Assembly (NCBI GenBank): GCA_963766735.1
Contig: CAVYBU010000008.1
Coordinates: forward strand, 64,001-128,000
Length of the DNA stretch: 64,000 nt
From: an uncultured Chloroflexia bacterium
Lineage (GTDB): Bacteria; Chloroflexota; Limnocylindria; Limnocylindrales; CSP1-4
Direction: 5' to 3'
Shown: positions 9,493-20,550 of the stretch, piece by piece
Position numbering within the stretch: position 1 is the stretch's first letter
Layout of the letters: the number at the start of each line of letters is the position of its first letter
Program-made: the position numbers and the translations under genes
The notes under the pieces: generated by a model
Seen by the model: only the letters and a program-made list of their open reading frames with translations
What the model was told of the DNA's origin: nothing
Database searches by the model: none

Positions 9493-10108
9493 GAGTGGCA
9501 CTCCCCACTAGGTCTGGTGGACGCCGACGTGGCTGCTCCGCGGGTGGCCCAGGTCACCGGGCCGCTGGCGGAGATCCCCCGGTGCGGTCGGGGAGAGGTG
9601 ATCGAGCGGGCCGTCACCCCGGGCTCGGCCATGCAGAGTGCCCTTGCGGGTCCCGGGGCTGCCTGGTCGTCGCACGGTGGAAGCGAACCACCAGACGTCA
9701 TGTCCGCCTATAGAACGAAAGTCCTGCCCGCCCCTCGGTGGCGCCCGGGGCCCGATGGAGGCCTTCTGGGCCGTCCCGGCACGCGTCGATCCGCGCCAAG
9801 TCCATCGAGCGGCTGGGGGCGTGAGCGCGACCGACGTGAGCAGGCGCTACAACAGGCGCGGCAACGGGCGCAGGCGCCGCTGTGGGCCTGACACGCCTCA
9901 TCGGGACCTCTGCACGCCCACTCCGGCCCGTCTCCGGTGCGACCTCCGCGCAGGGGGACCTCCTGCTGCGCGCCTCGCGGCTTCCGATCCTCATGCAACT
10001 CTCATGTTCGTCACCGAAGATCTGATCTTCCGACCGCGTCCACTGTGAGGGTGTCGACCGCTCGGAGAACCCCCAGCACAGCCCGGGCCCACGGGCGCAG
10101 GAGGTCTG

Positions 10109-11146
10109 ATGACCGACTCCACCCGTGGTTCGCACGCGCCCCTCGCGCCTCTTGCGACCCCCGATCCGATCGATCCCCGCGCCACCGCGGAGGCGGTGCT
10201 GTTCGAGATTCGCCGCGTCATCGTCGGGCAGGACGAGATGCTCGAGCGGGTCCTCGTCGCGCTTCTGGCCGGCGGTCACCTGCTCCTTGAGGGCGTGCCC
10301 GGTCTCGCCAAGACGTTGACCATCCGCACGCTGGCGGATGCCCTGGACGCCTCCTTCCGGCGGATCCAGTTCACGCCGGACCTCGTGCCCGGCGACCTGG
10401 TCGGCACCCGCATCTACCGGCCCGACTCCGGCACGTTCGACACCGAGCTGGGCCCAGTGTTCTGCAACTTCCTCCTCGCCGACGAGATCAACCGCGCCCC
10501 GGCCAAGGTCCAGTCGGCGCTGCTCGAGGTGATGCAGGAGCGCCAGGTGACGATCGGCTCGGAGAGCCACGCCGTCCCGCGCCCGTTCCTCGTCATGGCG
10601 ACCCAGAACCCCATCGAGTCCGAGGGCACCTACCCGCTCCCCGAGGCGCAGGTCGACCGATTCCTGATGAAGGTCGTCGTCGGGTATCCCACGCCAACCG
10701 AGGAGGCCACGGTCGTGGAGCGCTCGCTGCGCCCGGCCGCGGAGATCCGTCCCGTGCTGACCGCCGACGGGCTGGCCCAGCTCCAGGCCGCGACCCCGGG
10801 GGTGTACGTCGATCCGGCGCTCGTCGCCTACGCGGTGGCGATCGTGACGGCGACCCGTGAGCCCGAGCGGTTCGGCCTGCCGGAGCTCAAGCCGTATATC
10901 AGCTTCGGTGCCAGCCCTCGCGGCTCCATAAGCCTGGTCCACGCGGCACGGGCCCTCGCGCTGATCCGGGGTCGCCGGTACGTGGTCCCCGCGGACATCG
11001 CCGACCTCGCGCGCGACGTCCTGCGTCATCGCATCGTGCCGAGCTTCACCGCCCTCGCCGAGGAGGTCACGCCCGACCGCCTGCTCGACGCGATCATCCC
11101 CGCCGTCCCCGCGCCACGCTTGGTCACGGAGGCACGCTCGGCGTGA
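10109..11146 (+). CDS. moxR: MoxR-family AAA+ ATPase
   Basis: LLEGVPGLAKT, RIQFTPDLVPGD, LADEINRAPAKVQSALLEVMQE, ATQNPIESEGTYPLPEAQVDRF. Confidence 0.95.
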   Translation: MTDSTRGSHAPLAPLATPDPIDPRATAEAVLFEIRRVIVGQDEMLERVLVALLAGGHLLLEGVPGLAKTLTIRTLADALDASFRRIQFTPDLVPGDLVGTRIYRPDSGTFDTELGPVFCNFLLADEINRAPAKVQSALLEVMQERQVTIGSESHAVPRPFLVMATQNPIESEGTYPLPEAQVDRFLMKVVVGYPTPTEEATVVERSLRPAAEIRPVLTADGLAQLQAATPGVYVDPALVAYAVAIVTATREPERFGLPELKPYISFGASPRGSISLVHAARALALIRGRRYVVPADIADLARDVLRHRIVPSFTALAEEVTPDRLLDAIIPAVPAPRLVTEARSA

Positions 11147-12112
11147 GCGCCATCTCCCTTTCGACGGCCCTGCGAACCCCCGCCCGGCCGGGACCGGGCC
11201 CAACGCCAGAGGCACTGCTCCGGGCGCTCGACGTCACGATCGGGCGCCGGATCCGCGGGCTCGTCCCGGGCGAGTTCCGGGCAAACGAGCTGGGTGGTGG
11301 CACTGAGCTCGCGCAGGTGCGGCCGTACGAGCCCGGCGACGACGTCCGCCGCATCGACTGGAACGTGACCGCCCGGATGCTGGCGCCCCATGTCCGCGTC
11401 CACGTCCCGGAGCGCTCGCTGACGACCTGGCTGGTGCTGGACGAGTCGCCGTCGATGACCTTCGGGACCGCTGACCGCCGCAAGGCCGACGTGGCGGAGG
11501 GTGTGGCGCTCGCGCTCGGACATCTCTCCACGCAGCGCGGCAATCGGCTGGGCGTGCTCACGTTCGGGGGCCCGGACGACGCGCCGCGTCCCGCCCCGGG
11601 GCGGACGGGCGGGCCTGATGGCGGTGCTGGGCACGCGCCCGGCCGACGACGGAGGCGAGGCCGCCGTGCCTTCGCCAGCCTCCGTCGCGTCACCGGACGC
11701 GGACCCGCGATCGCCGGCGGCGGCGCTGCGGTTCCTGGGCGGCGGCTCGACGCGGGGCGGCCTCGTCGCCGTTGTGTCGGACTTCCGCGGCCCGCGGGGC
11801 TGGCTGCCGCTGCTCGCGGCTGTCGCGGCCCGGCACCAGCTGCTCGCGGTCGAGATTCGCGATCCCCGCGAGGACGACCTCCCCGACGTCGGCGACCTGA
11901 CGCTGGTCGATGCGGAGACCGGTCGCGAGGTGCGGGTCGACACGTCGTCCCGGCGCCTGCGGCAGCGGTTCGCGGAGGCAGCCGCGGAGGAGCGCGCCGC
12001 CCTGGCCCTCGAGCTCCGACGCCTCGGCGCCCGGCACATCGTCCTGTCCACATCCGGTGAATGGCTCCGGTCGCTCGCCGTCCAGCTCAAGAACCAGGGA
12101 ACCGTGGCATGA
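11143..12112 (+). pseudogene. DUF58 protein with a frameshift near 11566-11570 (true lesion or sequencing indel)
   Basis: N-half VRPYEPGDDVRRIDWNVTAR in ORF 11143; C-half VVSDF...EIRDPRE...LVDAETG in ORF ending 12112; removing one G from the G5 run joins them. Confidence 0.85.
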
Positions 12113-13146
12113 CCTTCTCGTCCCCCGAGCTCCTGCTCGCCCTCCTGCTCGTCCCGGCCGCCCTCGTCGTCTACCTGCTGATCCAGCGCCGCCGCACGCG
12201 CTACGTCGTCCGGTTCACCAACGTCGCCCTGCTGGAGAACCTCGTCCCGCGGCGGCCGGCGTGGCGGCGCCACGTGCCCACCGCCCTGTACCTGGTCGCG
12301 ATCGCGGCCCTGGGAGTCGCCCTTGCCCGCCCGTCCGTGACGCTCGCCGTTCCACGCGAGGAGGCGACGGTCATGCTCGCGATGGACACGTCGCGCTCGA
12401 TGCTCGCCACCGACGTCGCGCCCGACCGCCTGATCGCCGCCAAGGCGTCAGCGTCGTCGTTCATCGACGGCCTGCCGGCCACCTTCCGGGTGGGGCTCGT
12501 GGCCTTCTCGACCGATGCCCGGCTCGTCGTCGCGCCGACCACCGACCGGGACCAGCTCCTGGCCGCGCTGAACGGCCTCCGCGCCGACGGCGGGACGGCG
12601 CTGGGCGATGCGATCGTCCTGTCGGTCGATGCGGCCGACCTGGCCAACGGGACGACGAGTCGCCCGGCCGCTGCGCCGCTCGCGCCGGCCCCGTCGCCCG
12701 ACGCGTCCACGTCCCCGGACGACGGCAGTGATGGCGGCGCGCCGCTCGTCGCCACGGTCCTGCTCAGCGACGGCAAGAGCTCGACCGGGCTGCTCGAACC
12801 GCTCGACGCGGCCACGGAGGCGGCGGCCCGGGGCGTCCCCGTCTACACGATTGCGCTGGGGACGGCTTCAGGGACCGTGGAGGTCCAGGACAACCTTGGC
12901 CGCACCGAGACGATCAAGGTCCCGCCCGACACGGCGACCCTCCGGTCGATCGCCGAGACCACCGGGGCGCGGTTCTTCGAGGCGCCGACATCGGAGGATC
13001 TCGCGGCGATCTACCAGGGCCTTGGGTCGCGCGTCGGCTTCACGACGGAGGAGCAGGAGGTGACGCAGTGGTTCGCCGCCGGCGCGCTCCTCATGGTGAT
13101 GGCCGGCGCGGGGCTTGCCGCCTTCTGGTTCAACCGGATCCCCTGA
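12109..13146 (+). CDS. VWA-domain membrane protein (BatA-like)
   Basis: MIDAS DTSRSM, GGTALGDAI, LLSDG, N- and C-terminal TMs; ATGA overlap with DUF58 stop. Confidence 0.92.
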   Translation: MTFSSPELLLALLLVPAALVVYLLIQRRRTRYVVRFTNVALLENLVPRRPAWRRHVPTALYLVAIAALGVALARPSVTLAVPREEATVMLAMDTSRSMLATDVAPDRLIAAKASASSFIDGLPATFRVGLVAFSTDARLVVAPTTDRDQLLAALNGLRADGGTALGDAIVLSVDAADLANGTTSRPAAAPLAPAPSPDASTSPDDGSDGGAPLVATVLLSDGKSSTGLLEPLDAATEAAARGVPVYTIALGTASGTVEVQDNLGRTETIKVPPDTATLRSIAETTGARFFEAPTSEDLAAIYQGLGSRVGFTTEEQEVTQWFAAGALLMVMAGAGLAAFWFNRIP

Positions 13147-13328
13147 CCGGGCCCAACGGATCGCGCGAGGCATCGGTGGCGGCTCGCACGGCACTCCGCC
13201 CGCACCCCTGCCCGGGCCTCGCCCACCCGCGCCCTGCGGCCGTGCCGGTCGCCCCGACCCGGACTCTCGGCGCGCTGCCTCAACGCGCCGACCCGGCCGG
13301 CCAGGGTCTCCCACCCTAGACTCACCTC

Positions 13329-14093
13329 GTGGACATCACCCCGATCGAGATCCTGGCCCTGGTGGCGGCCGGGTTCGTCGGCGGGATCGTCAGCGTGCTG
13401 GTCAGCCTGGCGTCTCTGGTGACCTATCCGGCGCTGCTCGCGGTCGGCCTGCCGCCGGTGGCGGCGAACGTCACCAACACCGTGGCCCTGACCTTCAACA
13501 GCATCGGGGCGACGCTCGGCGCGCGACCGGAGCTGGAGGGACAGCGGCCCACCCTGCGCAAGCTCGCCATCCTGGCGGCGGCGGGCGGGGCTACCGGCGC
13601 CGCGCTGCTCCTGATCCTGCCAGACCGGTGGTTCGAGCTGGTGGCGCCGATCCTCATCGCCGGGGCCTCGCTCATGGTCATGGTGCAGCCGCAGCTCCAG
13701 CGACGTGAGAGGTTCCAGCCCCGGGGCATCACTCCTGTCACGGCGGCTGCCTATTTCAGTACGGCGATCTACATCGGGTATTTCGGTGCGGCTGGCGGGA
13801 TCCTGGCGATCGTTGCCCTCAGCAGCATCATTGCCCGACCGCTGATCGACGTGAACGCGGCCAAGGCCGTGCTGTCGGGGGTCGCGAACGGCGCAGCGGC
13901 GATCGGGTTCGCGCTGTTCGGGCCCGTGGAATGGGCCTTCGTGGTGCCGCTGGCCGTCGGCCTGTTCTTCGGCGGGCTCGCGGGTCCGTGGCTCGCGAGG
14001 CGGCTCCCGCCACGGCTTTTCCGAGCGCTGATCGGCGTGTGCGGCCTGGGCGTCGCGACCGCCCTCGCGTGGCAGACATATGGGAGTGTCTGA
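13329..14093 (+). CDS. TauE/SafE (TSUP) family permease
   Basis: [35 protein letters not shown]; multi-TM. Confidence 0.88.
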   Translation: MDITPIEILALVAAGFVGGIVSVLVSLASLVTYPALLAVGLPPVAANVTNTVALTFNSIGATLGARPELEGQRPTLRKLAILAAAGGATGAALLLILPDRWFELVAPILIAGASLMVMVQPQLQRRERFQPRGITPVTAAAYFSTAIYIGYFGAAGGILAIVALSSIIARPLIDVNAAKAVLSGVANGAAAIGFALFGPVEWAFVVPLAVGLFFGGLAGPWLARRLPPRLFRALIGVCGLGVATALAWQTYGSV

Positions 14094-14096
14094 GCG

Positions 14097-15005
14097 ATGA
14101 CGTCAACCCGGCCCGGGACGGGGATCGTGTCGGCGGCGTGGGCGGTCGTCCTCGCCGTGTCCCTCCTGCCGATCGTCATCGTCCAGGAGGTGTTCGGCAG
14201 GCAGGTGTCCGCGGACATGCGGGCCGTCGTCTCGGTCATCGTGATCGCGATCGGCCTCCTGGCGACCGTTGCCTGGCGACCATCGCGGGCGCTCCGCCCG
14301 CTCCTGTGGCTCTTCCTCGTGCTGGTCGTCGCCCAGTGGGTCGTCTTCACGCAGGTGGACCGCCTGCCGGTCTTCTCGACCCGCCTCGACGACCCCTCGT
14401 TCGGGGTCTACATGCTCGCCGAACAGACCCTGAACCTCATCGTGACGCTGGCGATGATCGCCGTCCTGTTCGGGGTGCACCGGGATCGCCGGGCCTTCTA
14501 CCTCGCGAAGGGCGACACATCCGCGCCGGCAGAGCCCGTTCGCTGGCTGGGCGTGAAGCCGGGCGCCAGGTGGAAGACCGTCGGTCGCGATCTCAGCGTG
14601 TTCATCACCCTGGGCACGCTGGCCTTCCTGGTCATCTCCGGGCAACTCACGGTCGACCTGATGATGCGCGCGGTGCCCCTGCTGCCGGTGGTCTTCCTCG
14701 CCGCCGCCCTCAACGCCTTCAACGAGGAGGTGACGTACAAGGCCTCATTCCTGTCGGTGCTGGTGGGGCCCGTGGGCTCGAGACACGCTCTGCGGATGGT
14801 CGCGGCCTACTTCGGGCTCGCCCACTTCTACGGGATCCCGTACGGCATCGTGGGCGTGGTGCTGGCCTGGTTCCTGGGCTGGATCCTGGCGAGGTCGATG
14901 CTGGAGACGCGCGGCATCGCGTGGGCGTGGTTCATCCACTTCGTGCAGGACGTGGTCATCTTCACGTTCCTTGCGGTCGGCGCGATCAACCCCGGCGGCG
15001 CCTGA
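14097..15005 (+). CDS. CPBP (CAAX protease-like) intramembrane metalloprotease
   Basis: EEVTYK (EExxxR variant), FGLAH, HFVQD motifs; multi-TM. Confidence 0.82.
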   Translation: MTSTRPGTGIVSAAWAVVLAVSLLPIVIVQEVFGRQVSADMRAVVSVIVIAIGLLATVAWRPSRALRPLLWLFLVLVVAQWVVFTQVDRLPVFSTRLDDPSFGVYMLAEQTLNLIVTLAMIAVLFGVHRDRRAFYLAKGDTSAPAEPVRWLGVKPGARWKTVGRDLSVFITLGTLAFLVISGQLTVDLMMRAVPLLPVVFLAAALNAFNEEVTYKASFLSVLVGPVGSRHALRMVAAYFGLAHFYGIPYGIVGVVLAWFLGWILARSMLETRGIAWAWFIHFVQDVVIFTFLAVGAINPGGA

Positions 15006-15045
15006 GCGGGCCGGCCGAGCTGGCCCCTCAGTCCGGGAACCCCGG

Positions 15046-15237
15046 TCAGCTCTCCGTCGGCCGCCGTCGCTCGATCACCAGGATGAGCACCGCCACGACG
15101 AGCAGGACGACGCCGACCACGGCCCAGAACGCGCTGCCGGTCATGACACTGCCGCCGATGATGCCCAGCCCCTGTCCGATCCAGACCAGGCCGACGAGCG
15201 CGAACAGGGCGGCGAGCACGAGGCGGGACGGGCGCAT
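15046..15237 (-). CDS. Small two-TM membrane protein
   Basis: 63 aa, [22 protein letters not shown] pattern; strong AAGGAGG RBS. Confidence 0.8.
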   Translation of the reverse strand: MRPSRLVLAALFALVGLVWIGQGLGIIGGSVMTGSAFWAVVGVVLLVVAVLILVIERRRPTES

Positions 15238-15364
15238 GGCGGCCTCCTTGGCGGCGATCAGGGCCGTGGCGAGCTTCGCGAGACCGTACACCCGCCATTG
15301 CTGGCCTGCCGGGGCGCCGCCGCCGGCCTGCCGGGGCGCCGGGGCTGTGGCACGATCGGTTCTG

Positions 15365-15679
15365 ATGTCCGGAGCACGCACCGCCGCCAACCCCACCACC
15401 ACCCTCGAGGACGTGACCCGCGAGCGCGCGGTCGTGGCGCCACGCTGGATCGTGATCGTCTGGAACGACCCGATCAACCTGATGACCTACGTCACGTACG
15501 TCTTCCGCAAGCTCTTCGGCTACAGCCAGGCGCATGCCCATGAGCTGATGCTCAAGGTTCACCACGACGGTCGTGCGGTGGTCTCCGGCGGTACCCAGGA
15601 GAGGTGCGAGCATGACGTCGCCCGCCTCCACGCCCACGGCCTGTGGGCGACCATGCAGCCCGACGGAGCTGGCTCGTGA
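15365..15679 (+). CDS. clpS: ATP-dependent Clp protease adaptor ClpS (actinobacterial type)
   Basis: [26 protein letters not shown]...[13 protein letters not shown]...[10 protein letters not shown]. Confidence 0.93.
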   Translation: MSGARTAANPTTTLEDVTRERAVVAPRWIVIVWNDPINLMTYVTYVFRKLFGYSQAHAHELMLKVHHDGRAVVSGGTQERCEHDVARLHAHGLWATMQPDGAGS

Positions 15680-16296
15680 CCGAGCCTCGCCCGCGGGTGG
15701 TCCGCACGGACGATGGACGGATCCTGCTGCGCCTGGGCGCGCAGGAGCGGGCGATCGTCACCGGGCTGGTTGGGGAGCTGCGCGGGTCGGTCGCGGCGCC
15801 CATCGAGGACGGCGGAGCGGCCGTTGCGGACGGCGGAGCGCCCGTTGCGGACCCCGGGGCACCGGCGCTGCCCGCAGCGCCCCCCACGGACCCGACAGCC
15901 CCGAGACCGGTCTTCGACCGCCTCTATCCGCCCGCGTTCCCCGACGATCCCGCCGCGGAGGCCGCATTCCGTGACCTCGTCCGTGCCGATCTCGAGGACG
16001 GGCGACGGGACCGCCTGGCGCTGGTGGAAGCGACGCTCGATGCGAGGTCACTCGACGATGCCCAGGCGGCGGCGTGGACCGGCGTGCTCAACGACCTCCG
16101 CCTCGTGCTCGGCACGCAGCTCGGCGTGACCGACGATACCGAGGCAATGCCCATCGACGAGGATGATCCGGACGCCGAACGGCGGATCATCTTCGCCTAC
16201 CTCGGCTGGCTGCTGGGGCAGTTCGTGGACGTCCTTGAGACGGCCCTGCCGGATACCATCGAGCCGGGTGAGACACAGGGAGGTCAGCGTCGATGA
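15676..16296 (+). CDS. DUF2017-family protein
   Basis: [37 protein letters not shown]; coupled to clpS by GTGA overlap, as in actinobacteria. Confidence 0.82.
   Translation: MTEPRPRVVRTDDGRILLRLGAQERAIVTGLVGELRGSVAAPIEDGGAAVADGGAPVADPGAPALPAAPPTDPTAPRPVFDRLYPPAFPDDPAAEAAFRDLVRADLEDGRRDRLALVEATLDARSLDDAQAAAWTGVLNDLRLVLGTQLGVTDDTEAMPIDEDDPDAERRIIFAYLGWLLGQFVDVLETALPDTIEPGETQGGQRR
15807..15848 (+). repeat. 2 x 21-bp in-frame tandem duplication
   Basis: GGACGGCGGAGCGSCCGTTGC twice. Confidence 0.85.
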
Positions 16297-17330
16297 GCAT
16301 GCGGAGCGAGCTCGGCGAGAGCCCCGACGTCGTCGCGCGTCTGCTGGACCGCGCCGCGGGCTCGATCGCGGACGTGGCCCGAGTGGTCCGGGAGCGGGAC
16401 GTCGACCTCGTCCTGATCGCCGCCCGTGGGACGTCCGACCACGCCGCGCTCTACGCGCAGTACGTCCTGGGCGCCGTCAACGGTCTCCCGGTGGCGCTGG
16501 CCATTCCCTCGCTCACGTCGGTGTACGGCCGCCCGCCCCGTGTGAGGAACGCGCTCGTCATCGGCATCTCGCAGTCCGGGCGCTCACCGGACGTCGTGGC
16601 CGTGCTCGGTGACGCGCGCCGGCAGGGTGCGGTGACCGTTGCCCTGACGAACGACCCGTCATCGGAGCTCGCCGGCGCGGCCGAGCACGTGGTGGAGCTG
16701 GGTGCCGGACCGGAGCGGGCCGTGGCCGCAACGAAGACCTACGTGGCGGAGGTTGCGCTGCTGGCGATGCTCTCGGCCGCGATCTCGGGCGACGATGCCT
16801 TGACCTCCGAGATCCGGGCGCTGCCGACCGTCATGCGTGCCGCACTGGCGGCCGAGGTCGAGGACGCCGTCGAGACCATCGCGGACCACTGGGCGAGCGA
16901 GGACCGGTGCGCGGTCGTCGCCCGCGGTTTCCAGTACGCGACGGCCCGCGAGTGGGCGCTCAAGCTGAAGGAATTGGCCTACGTCCTGGCGGATCCGTAC
17001 TCCGGCGCGGACTTCGAGCACGGTCCGATCGCCCTGGTCGAGCCCGGCTTTCCCGTGATCTCGGTTGCCACTGCGGGGCCGCTCCTCGCGGACATGCATG
17101 CGCTGCTCGGGCGACTGGGTGCAGCGGGAGCCCGCCTACTCGTCCTGTCCGACGACGCCTCGCTTCGTGCGCTGGGCGACGGGATCCCGGTGCCGGCGGG
17201 GGTCCCGGAGTGGCTCTCTCCGATCGTGTCGATCCTGCCCGCGCAGCTGTTCGCCTATCACCTGGCGCGGGCTCGCGGGCTGGACACCGAGGCGCCGCGG
17301 ACGATCTCCAAGGTCACGCTCACGCGCTGA
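16293..17330 (+). CDS. Double-SIS hexosamine-6-phosphate deaminase/isomerase (GlmS C-terminal-like, GlmD/NagB-II type)
   Basis: ARGTSDHA, ISQSGRSPD, AVAATKTY, EWALKLKE, FEHGP, PRTISKVTLT; no glutaminase domain. Confidence 0.9.
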   Translation: MSMRSELGESPDVVARLLDRAAGSIADVARVVRERDVDLVLIAARGTSDHAALYAQYVLGAVNGLPVALAIPSLTSVYGRPPRVRNALVIGISQSGRSPDVVAVLGDARRQGAVTVALTNDPSSELAGAAEHVVELGAGPERAVAATKTYVAEVALLAMLSAAISGDDALTSEIRALPTVMRAALAAEVEDAVETIADHWASEDRCAVVARGFQYATAREWALKLKELAYVLADPYSGADFEHGPIALVEPGFPVISVATAGPLLADMHALLGRLGAAGARLLVLSDDASLRALGDGIPVPAGVPEWLSPIVSILPAQLFAYHLARARGLDTEAPRTISKVTLTR

Positions 17331-17430
17331 TCGGCCCGGCGCCGCGACGGCGTCACGCTTGCGGGTCTACGATCGATGTCGCACGCAGGGGCTGCCGGCG
17401 GGCCCGGGGCGCGATGATCGGAGAGCACGG

Positions 17431-18288
17431 ATGGACATCACGGTTCGAGAGGCGGTGGACGCCGACTGGGTGGAGGCGGGCCGGATCTGCTACGAGGCGT
17501 TCGCGACGCTCGCGGATCGCCACGGCTTCCCGCACGACTTCCCGACGGTCGAGGCCGCGTCCGGGCCGATCAGGTGGCTCATCAACCACCCGCAGGTGTA
17601 CGGCGTCGTCGCCGAGGGAGACGGCCGCGTCCTGGGCAGCAGCTTCCTGGACGAGCGCTCGACCATCTTCGCGATCGGGCCGGTCAGCGTCGATCCGACC
17701 GCCCAGAACCACAACGTCGGGCGCGCGCTGATGGCCGCGATGCTGGAGCGGGCGGCCGAGCGTCGTGCTCCAGGCGTCCGCCTGGTGCAGATCTCGTATC
17801 ACAATCGGTCGCTGAGCCTGTACGCGAAGCTTGGCTTCGACGTCCGCGAGGCGTTCGCCGCGATGCACGGGCCAGCTTTGGGAATCACCTTCCCGGGCTA
17901 CGACGTTCGCCCGGCAACCATTGACGACGAGGCCGCCTGCAACGCCCTGTGCGTCCGCGTCCACGGCCATGACCGCCACGGCGAGGTCCGCGAGGCGATC
18001 GAGGCGGGCGACGCCCGCGTGGTGGTGCGCCTCGGGCGGATCACGGGCTACACGGCCGGCATCCAGTACTTCGCCCACTCCGTGGCGGAGACGAACGACG
18101 ACCTCAAGGCCCTGATCGGCGCCGCGAGCGACTTCGGGACGCCGGGCTTCCTCGTCCCCCTGCGCAACACCGAGCTGTTTCGCTGGTGCCTGGCCCACGG
18201 GCTGCGCGTCTTCTTCGTCACCAACATGATGACGATGGGGATCTACCAGGATCCTGCCGGCGCCTGGATGCCGTCCGTGGGGTATTGA
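17431..18288 (+). CDS. GNAT-family N-acetyltransferase
   Basis: [19 protein letters not shown] acetyl-CoA loop, [10 protein letters not shown]. Confidence 0.88.
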   Translation: MDITVREAVDADWVEAGRICYEAFATLADRHGFPHDFPTVEAASGPIRWLINHPQVYGVVAEGDGRVLGSSFLDERSTIFAIGPVSVDPTAQNHNVGRALMAAMLERAAERRAPGVRLVQISYHNRSLSLYAKLGFDVREAFAAMHGPALGITFPGYDVRPATIDDEAACNALCVRVHGHDRHGEVREAIEAGDARVVVRLGRITGYTAGIQYFAHSVAETNDDLKALIGAASDFGTPGFLVPLRNTELFRWCLAHGLRVFFVTNMMTMGIYQDPAGAWMPSVGY

Positions 18289-18409
18289 CGGCGCCGGCGA
18301 CGACGTCCGGGACCGGCGCTGTCCCTACAATCTCGGCCGGGTGATGTTCGATCATCCGGATCCGCTTGAGACCGAGGGACCAACGCCGCAGACGAGGGAG
18401 TCGACGCCC

Positions 18410-19606
18410 ATGAATGCCCACGCGATCACGATGCTCGGCACAGGCCTGATTGGCGACTTCTACACGATGACGCTGCACGGGCAGCGCGGCCGTGACCGGG
18501 TCCGGGTCGTGTACTCGCGCAGCGTGGCGCGCGGGCAGGCGTTCAGCGAGCGCTGGAGCATCCCGGAATCCACGACCGACATGGAGGCGGCGATCCGCCA
18601 TCCGGAGACGGACGTCGTCGTGGTCGCGCTTCCGAACCACCTCCACGAGGAGGCGGTCAAGGCAGTCGCGGCGGCCGGCAAGGCGGTGCTCGTCACCAAG
18701 CCGCTCGGCCGGAACGCCGCCGAGGCGAAGCGGATGCTGGAGGCCGTCGAGGCCGCGGGCGTCTTCGGCGGCTACCTCGAGGATCTCTGCTACACGCCCA
18801 AGACCCTGAAGGCAATCAGGTCTGTCGAGGAGGGCGCCCTGGGCGACGTGACCTGGGTCCGCTCGCGCGAGACGCACCCGGGCCCGCACAGCGCCTGGTT
18901 CTGGGACGGCCGGCTGACCGGCGGCGGCGCGATCATCGACCTCGGCTGCCACTGCATCGAGATCATCCGCAACTTCGTCGGCAAGGGGAACCGGCCGGTC
19001 TCGGTGATGTGCACCACCGACACCCTGGTCCACCCGATCGATGACGAGGACAACGCGATCGCCCTGATCAAGTTCGAGTCCGGAGCGATCGGGCAGTTCG
19101 AGGTCAGCTGGACGTTCCGTGGCGGCATGGACCTGCGGGACGAGGTGGCCGGCACCCACGGCACCATCTGGCTCAACCACTTCCTGCGGACCGGGTACGA
19201 GATGTTCACCGCGGGGGGGAGCGGCGGCTACGTGGCCGAGAAGGCCGAGACGGCGGCCGGCTGGCTCTTCCCGGTGGGCGACGAGGTCTCCGAGCTGGGC
19301 TACGTGGACATGTTCACGGACATGTTCGACGCGATCGACAACGGCCGGGCGCCCCGCGAGACACTGTACGACGGGTACGTCGTCAACTCCGTCATGGACG
19401 CCGCGTACCGCTCCGCACAGAGCGGCGCCTGGGAGCCGGTGGACCTCGAATGGCGTGGCGGCACCACGCCACGCATCGGCGCCAAGCCGGAGATGCTGGG
19501 CGACGACGTCGTGATCAAGCGGGAGATCCTGCCCGATGGTCGCCAGAAGCTGATCCTCAAGGAGGCCGCGACCGGCGACTACGTCGACCGGGTCATCGCC
19601 GGCTAG
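18410..19606 (+). CDS. Gfo/Idh/MocA-family NAD-dependent oxidoreductase
   Basis: LGTGLIG Rossmann, [21 protein letters not shown]. Confidence 0.92.
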   Translation: MNAHAITMLGTGLIGDFYTMTLHGQRGRDRVRVVYSRSVARGQAFSERWSIPESTTDMEAAIRHPETDVVVVALPNHLHEEAVKAVAAAGKAVLVTKPLGRNAAEAKRMLEAVEAAGVFGGYLEDLCYTPKTLKAIRSVEEGALGDVTWVRSRETHPGPHSAWFWDGRLTGGGAIIDLGCHCIEIIRNFVGKGNRPVSVMCTTDTLVHPIDDEDNAIALIKFESGAIGQFEVSWTFRGGMDLRDEVAGTHGTIWLNHFLRTGYEMFTAGGSGGYVAEKAETAAGWLFPVGDEVSELGYVDMFTDMFDAIDNGRAPRETLYDGYVVNSVMDAAYRSAQSGAWEPVDLEWRGGTTPRIGAKPEMLGDDVVIKREILPDGRQKLILKEAATGDYVDRVIAG

Positions 19607-19608
19607 CG

Positions 19609-20331
19609 GTGGATCTCCGGGTCTCGCCCTCGGGAGCCTGGGCGGGCCAGGTCACCTCGGAGCTGGCCGCCCGCCTGGCCGAGCGGCCGTCGATGCGGCT
19701 CTGCCTGCCGACCGGGGACACGCCGTCCCCCGTGTTCGCCGCGCTCCTCGCCGCGGAGACGCGGGACGAGGTGTCCTTCGGCACCGCGACACTCGTCATG
19801 CTCGACGAGTGGGTCGGCCTGCCGCCCGGTGATCCTGCGCGGTGCGACGAGCGGCTGCGCGCGGAGCTGGTGGACCGGCTGCGGACGCCGCCGGCGGCCT
19901 TCGTCGCGATCGACGTGGACGGGCCGGACCCGGAGGCTGCAGCGGCCCGGCACGATGCCGTGTCGGTCGGTCTCGACCTCGCCGTGCTCGGCCTGGGCAT
20001 GAACGGTCACGTCGGGTTCAACGAGCCAGGCACCCGCCCCGACGAGCCGACGAGGCTCGTCCGCCTCGCCGTCTCCAGCCGAGAGGCGGCCGTGGGCCGA
20101 TACGGCGCGACACGCGTGCCGACTGCGGGGATCACGGTCGGCCTTGCACGACTGCTGGAAGCGGCGGAGTGCTGGCTGCTGGTCACGGGGGAGCGGAAGG
20201 CGGCAATCCTGCGGCGTGCTCTCGAGGAGCCGGAGGGGCCCGATTGCCCCGCCTCGTATCTCCGGCGCCACGCACGGCTGACGGTCTTCGCGGACGAGGC
20301 GGCGGCCGGTCTTCTGCGGAGGCGAGGCTGA
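19609..20331 (+). CDS. nagB: Glucosamine-6-phosphate deaminase (NagB/Pgl family)
   Basis: LPTGDTP, MLDEWVGL, GLGMNGHVGFNEPG, PASYLRRH. Confidence 0.82.
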   Translation: MDLRVSPSGAWAGQVTSELAARLAERPSMRLCLPTGDTPSPVFAALLAAETRDEVSFGTATLVMLDEWVGLPPGDPARCDERLRAELVDRLRTPPAAFVAIDVDGPDPEAAAARHDAVSVGLDLAVLGLGMNGHVGFNEPGTRPDEPTRLVRLAVSSREAAVGRYGATRVPTAGITVGLARLLEAAECWLLVTGERKAAILRRALEEPEGPDCPASYLRRHARLTVFADEAAAGLLRRRG

Positions 20332-20426
20332 CGGCTGCACTCGCCGCATCTCCCAACTGGCGTACAGCGGTGCCGCACTCCGGACCGCCGGCTTGCGCTG
20401 CGCGATTCAGGAGCGACAATCTCGGC

Positions 20427-20519
20427 ATGACCGGGACGAGGCGACAGGGCGTGCGGGCACGACGGGTCCCGTCCTACGCGGGCTGCGACGGTGAGGCATG
20501 CAGGCGACCGGGTTTCTGA
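20427..20519 (+). CDS. Putative 30-aa leader peptide upstream of EamA
   Basis: MTGTRRQGVRARRVPSYAGCDGEACRRPGF; ATG 6 nt after GACAAT with TTGCGC upstream; stop 31 nt before EamA start. Confidence 0.45.
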   Translation: MTGTRRQGVRARRVPSYAGCDGEACRRPGF

Positions 20520-20550
20520 CCACCCGTTCCCAGAACGCCGGAGTCTCTCC

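Noticed and set aside
11560-11590. Programmed ribosomal frameshift in DUF58
   Set aside because: No canonical slippery heptamer seen; a one-base homopolymer indel is simpler, and a second similar indel occurs near 54365
14097-15005. CPBP/Abi gene as an anti-phage or bacteriocin system
   Set aside because: The Abi label is historical for this family; no defence or precursor-peptide genes are adjacent
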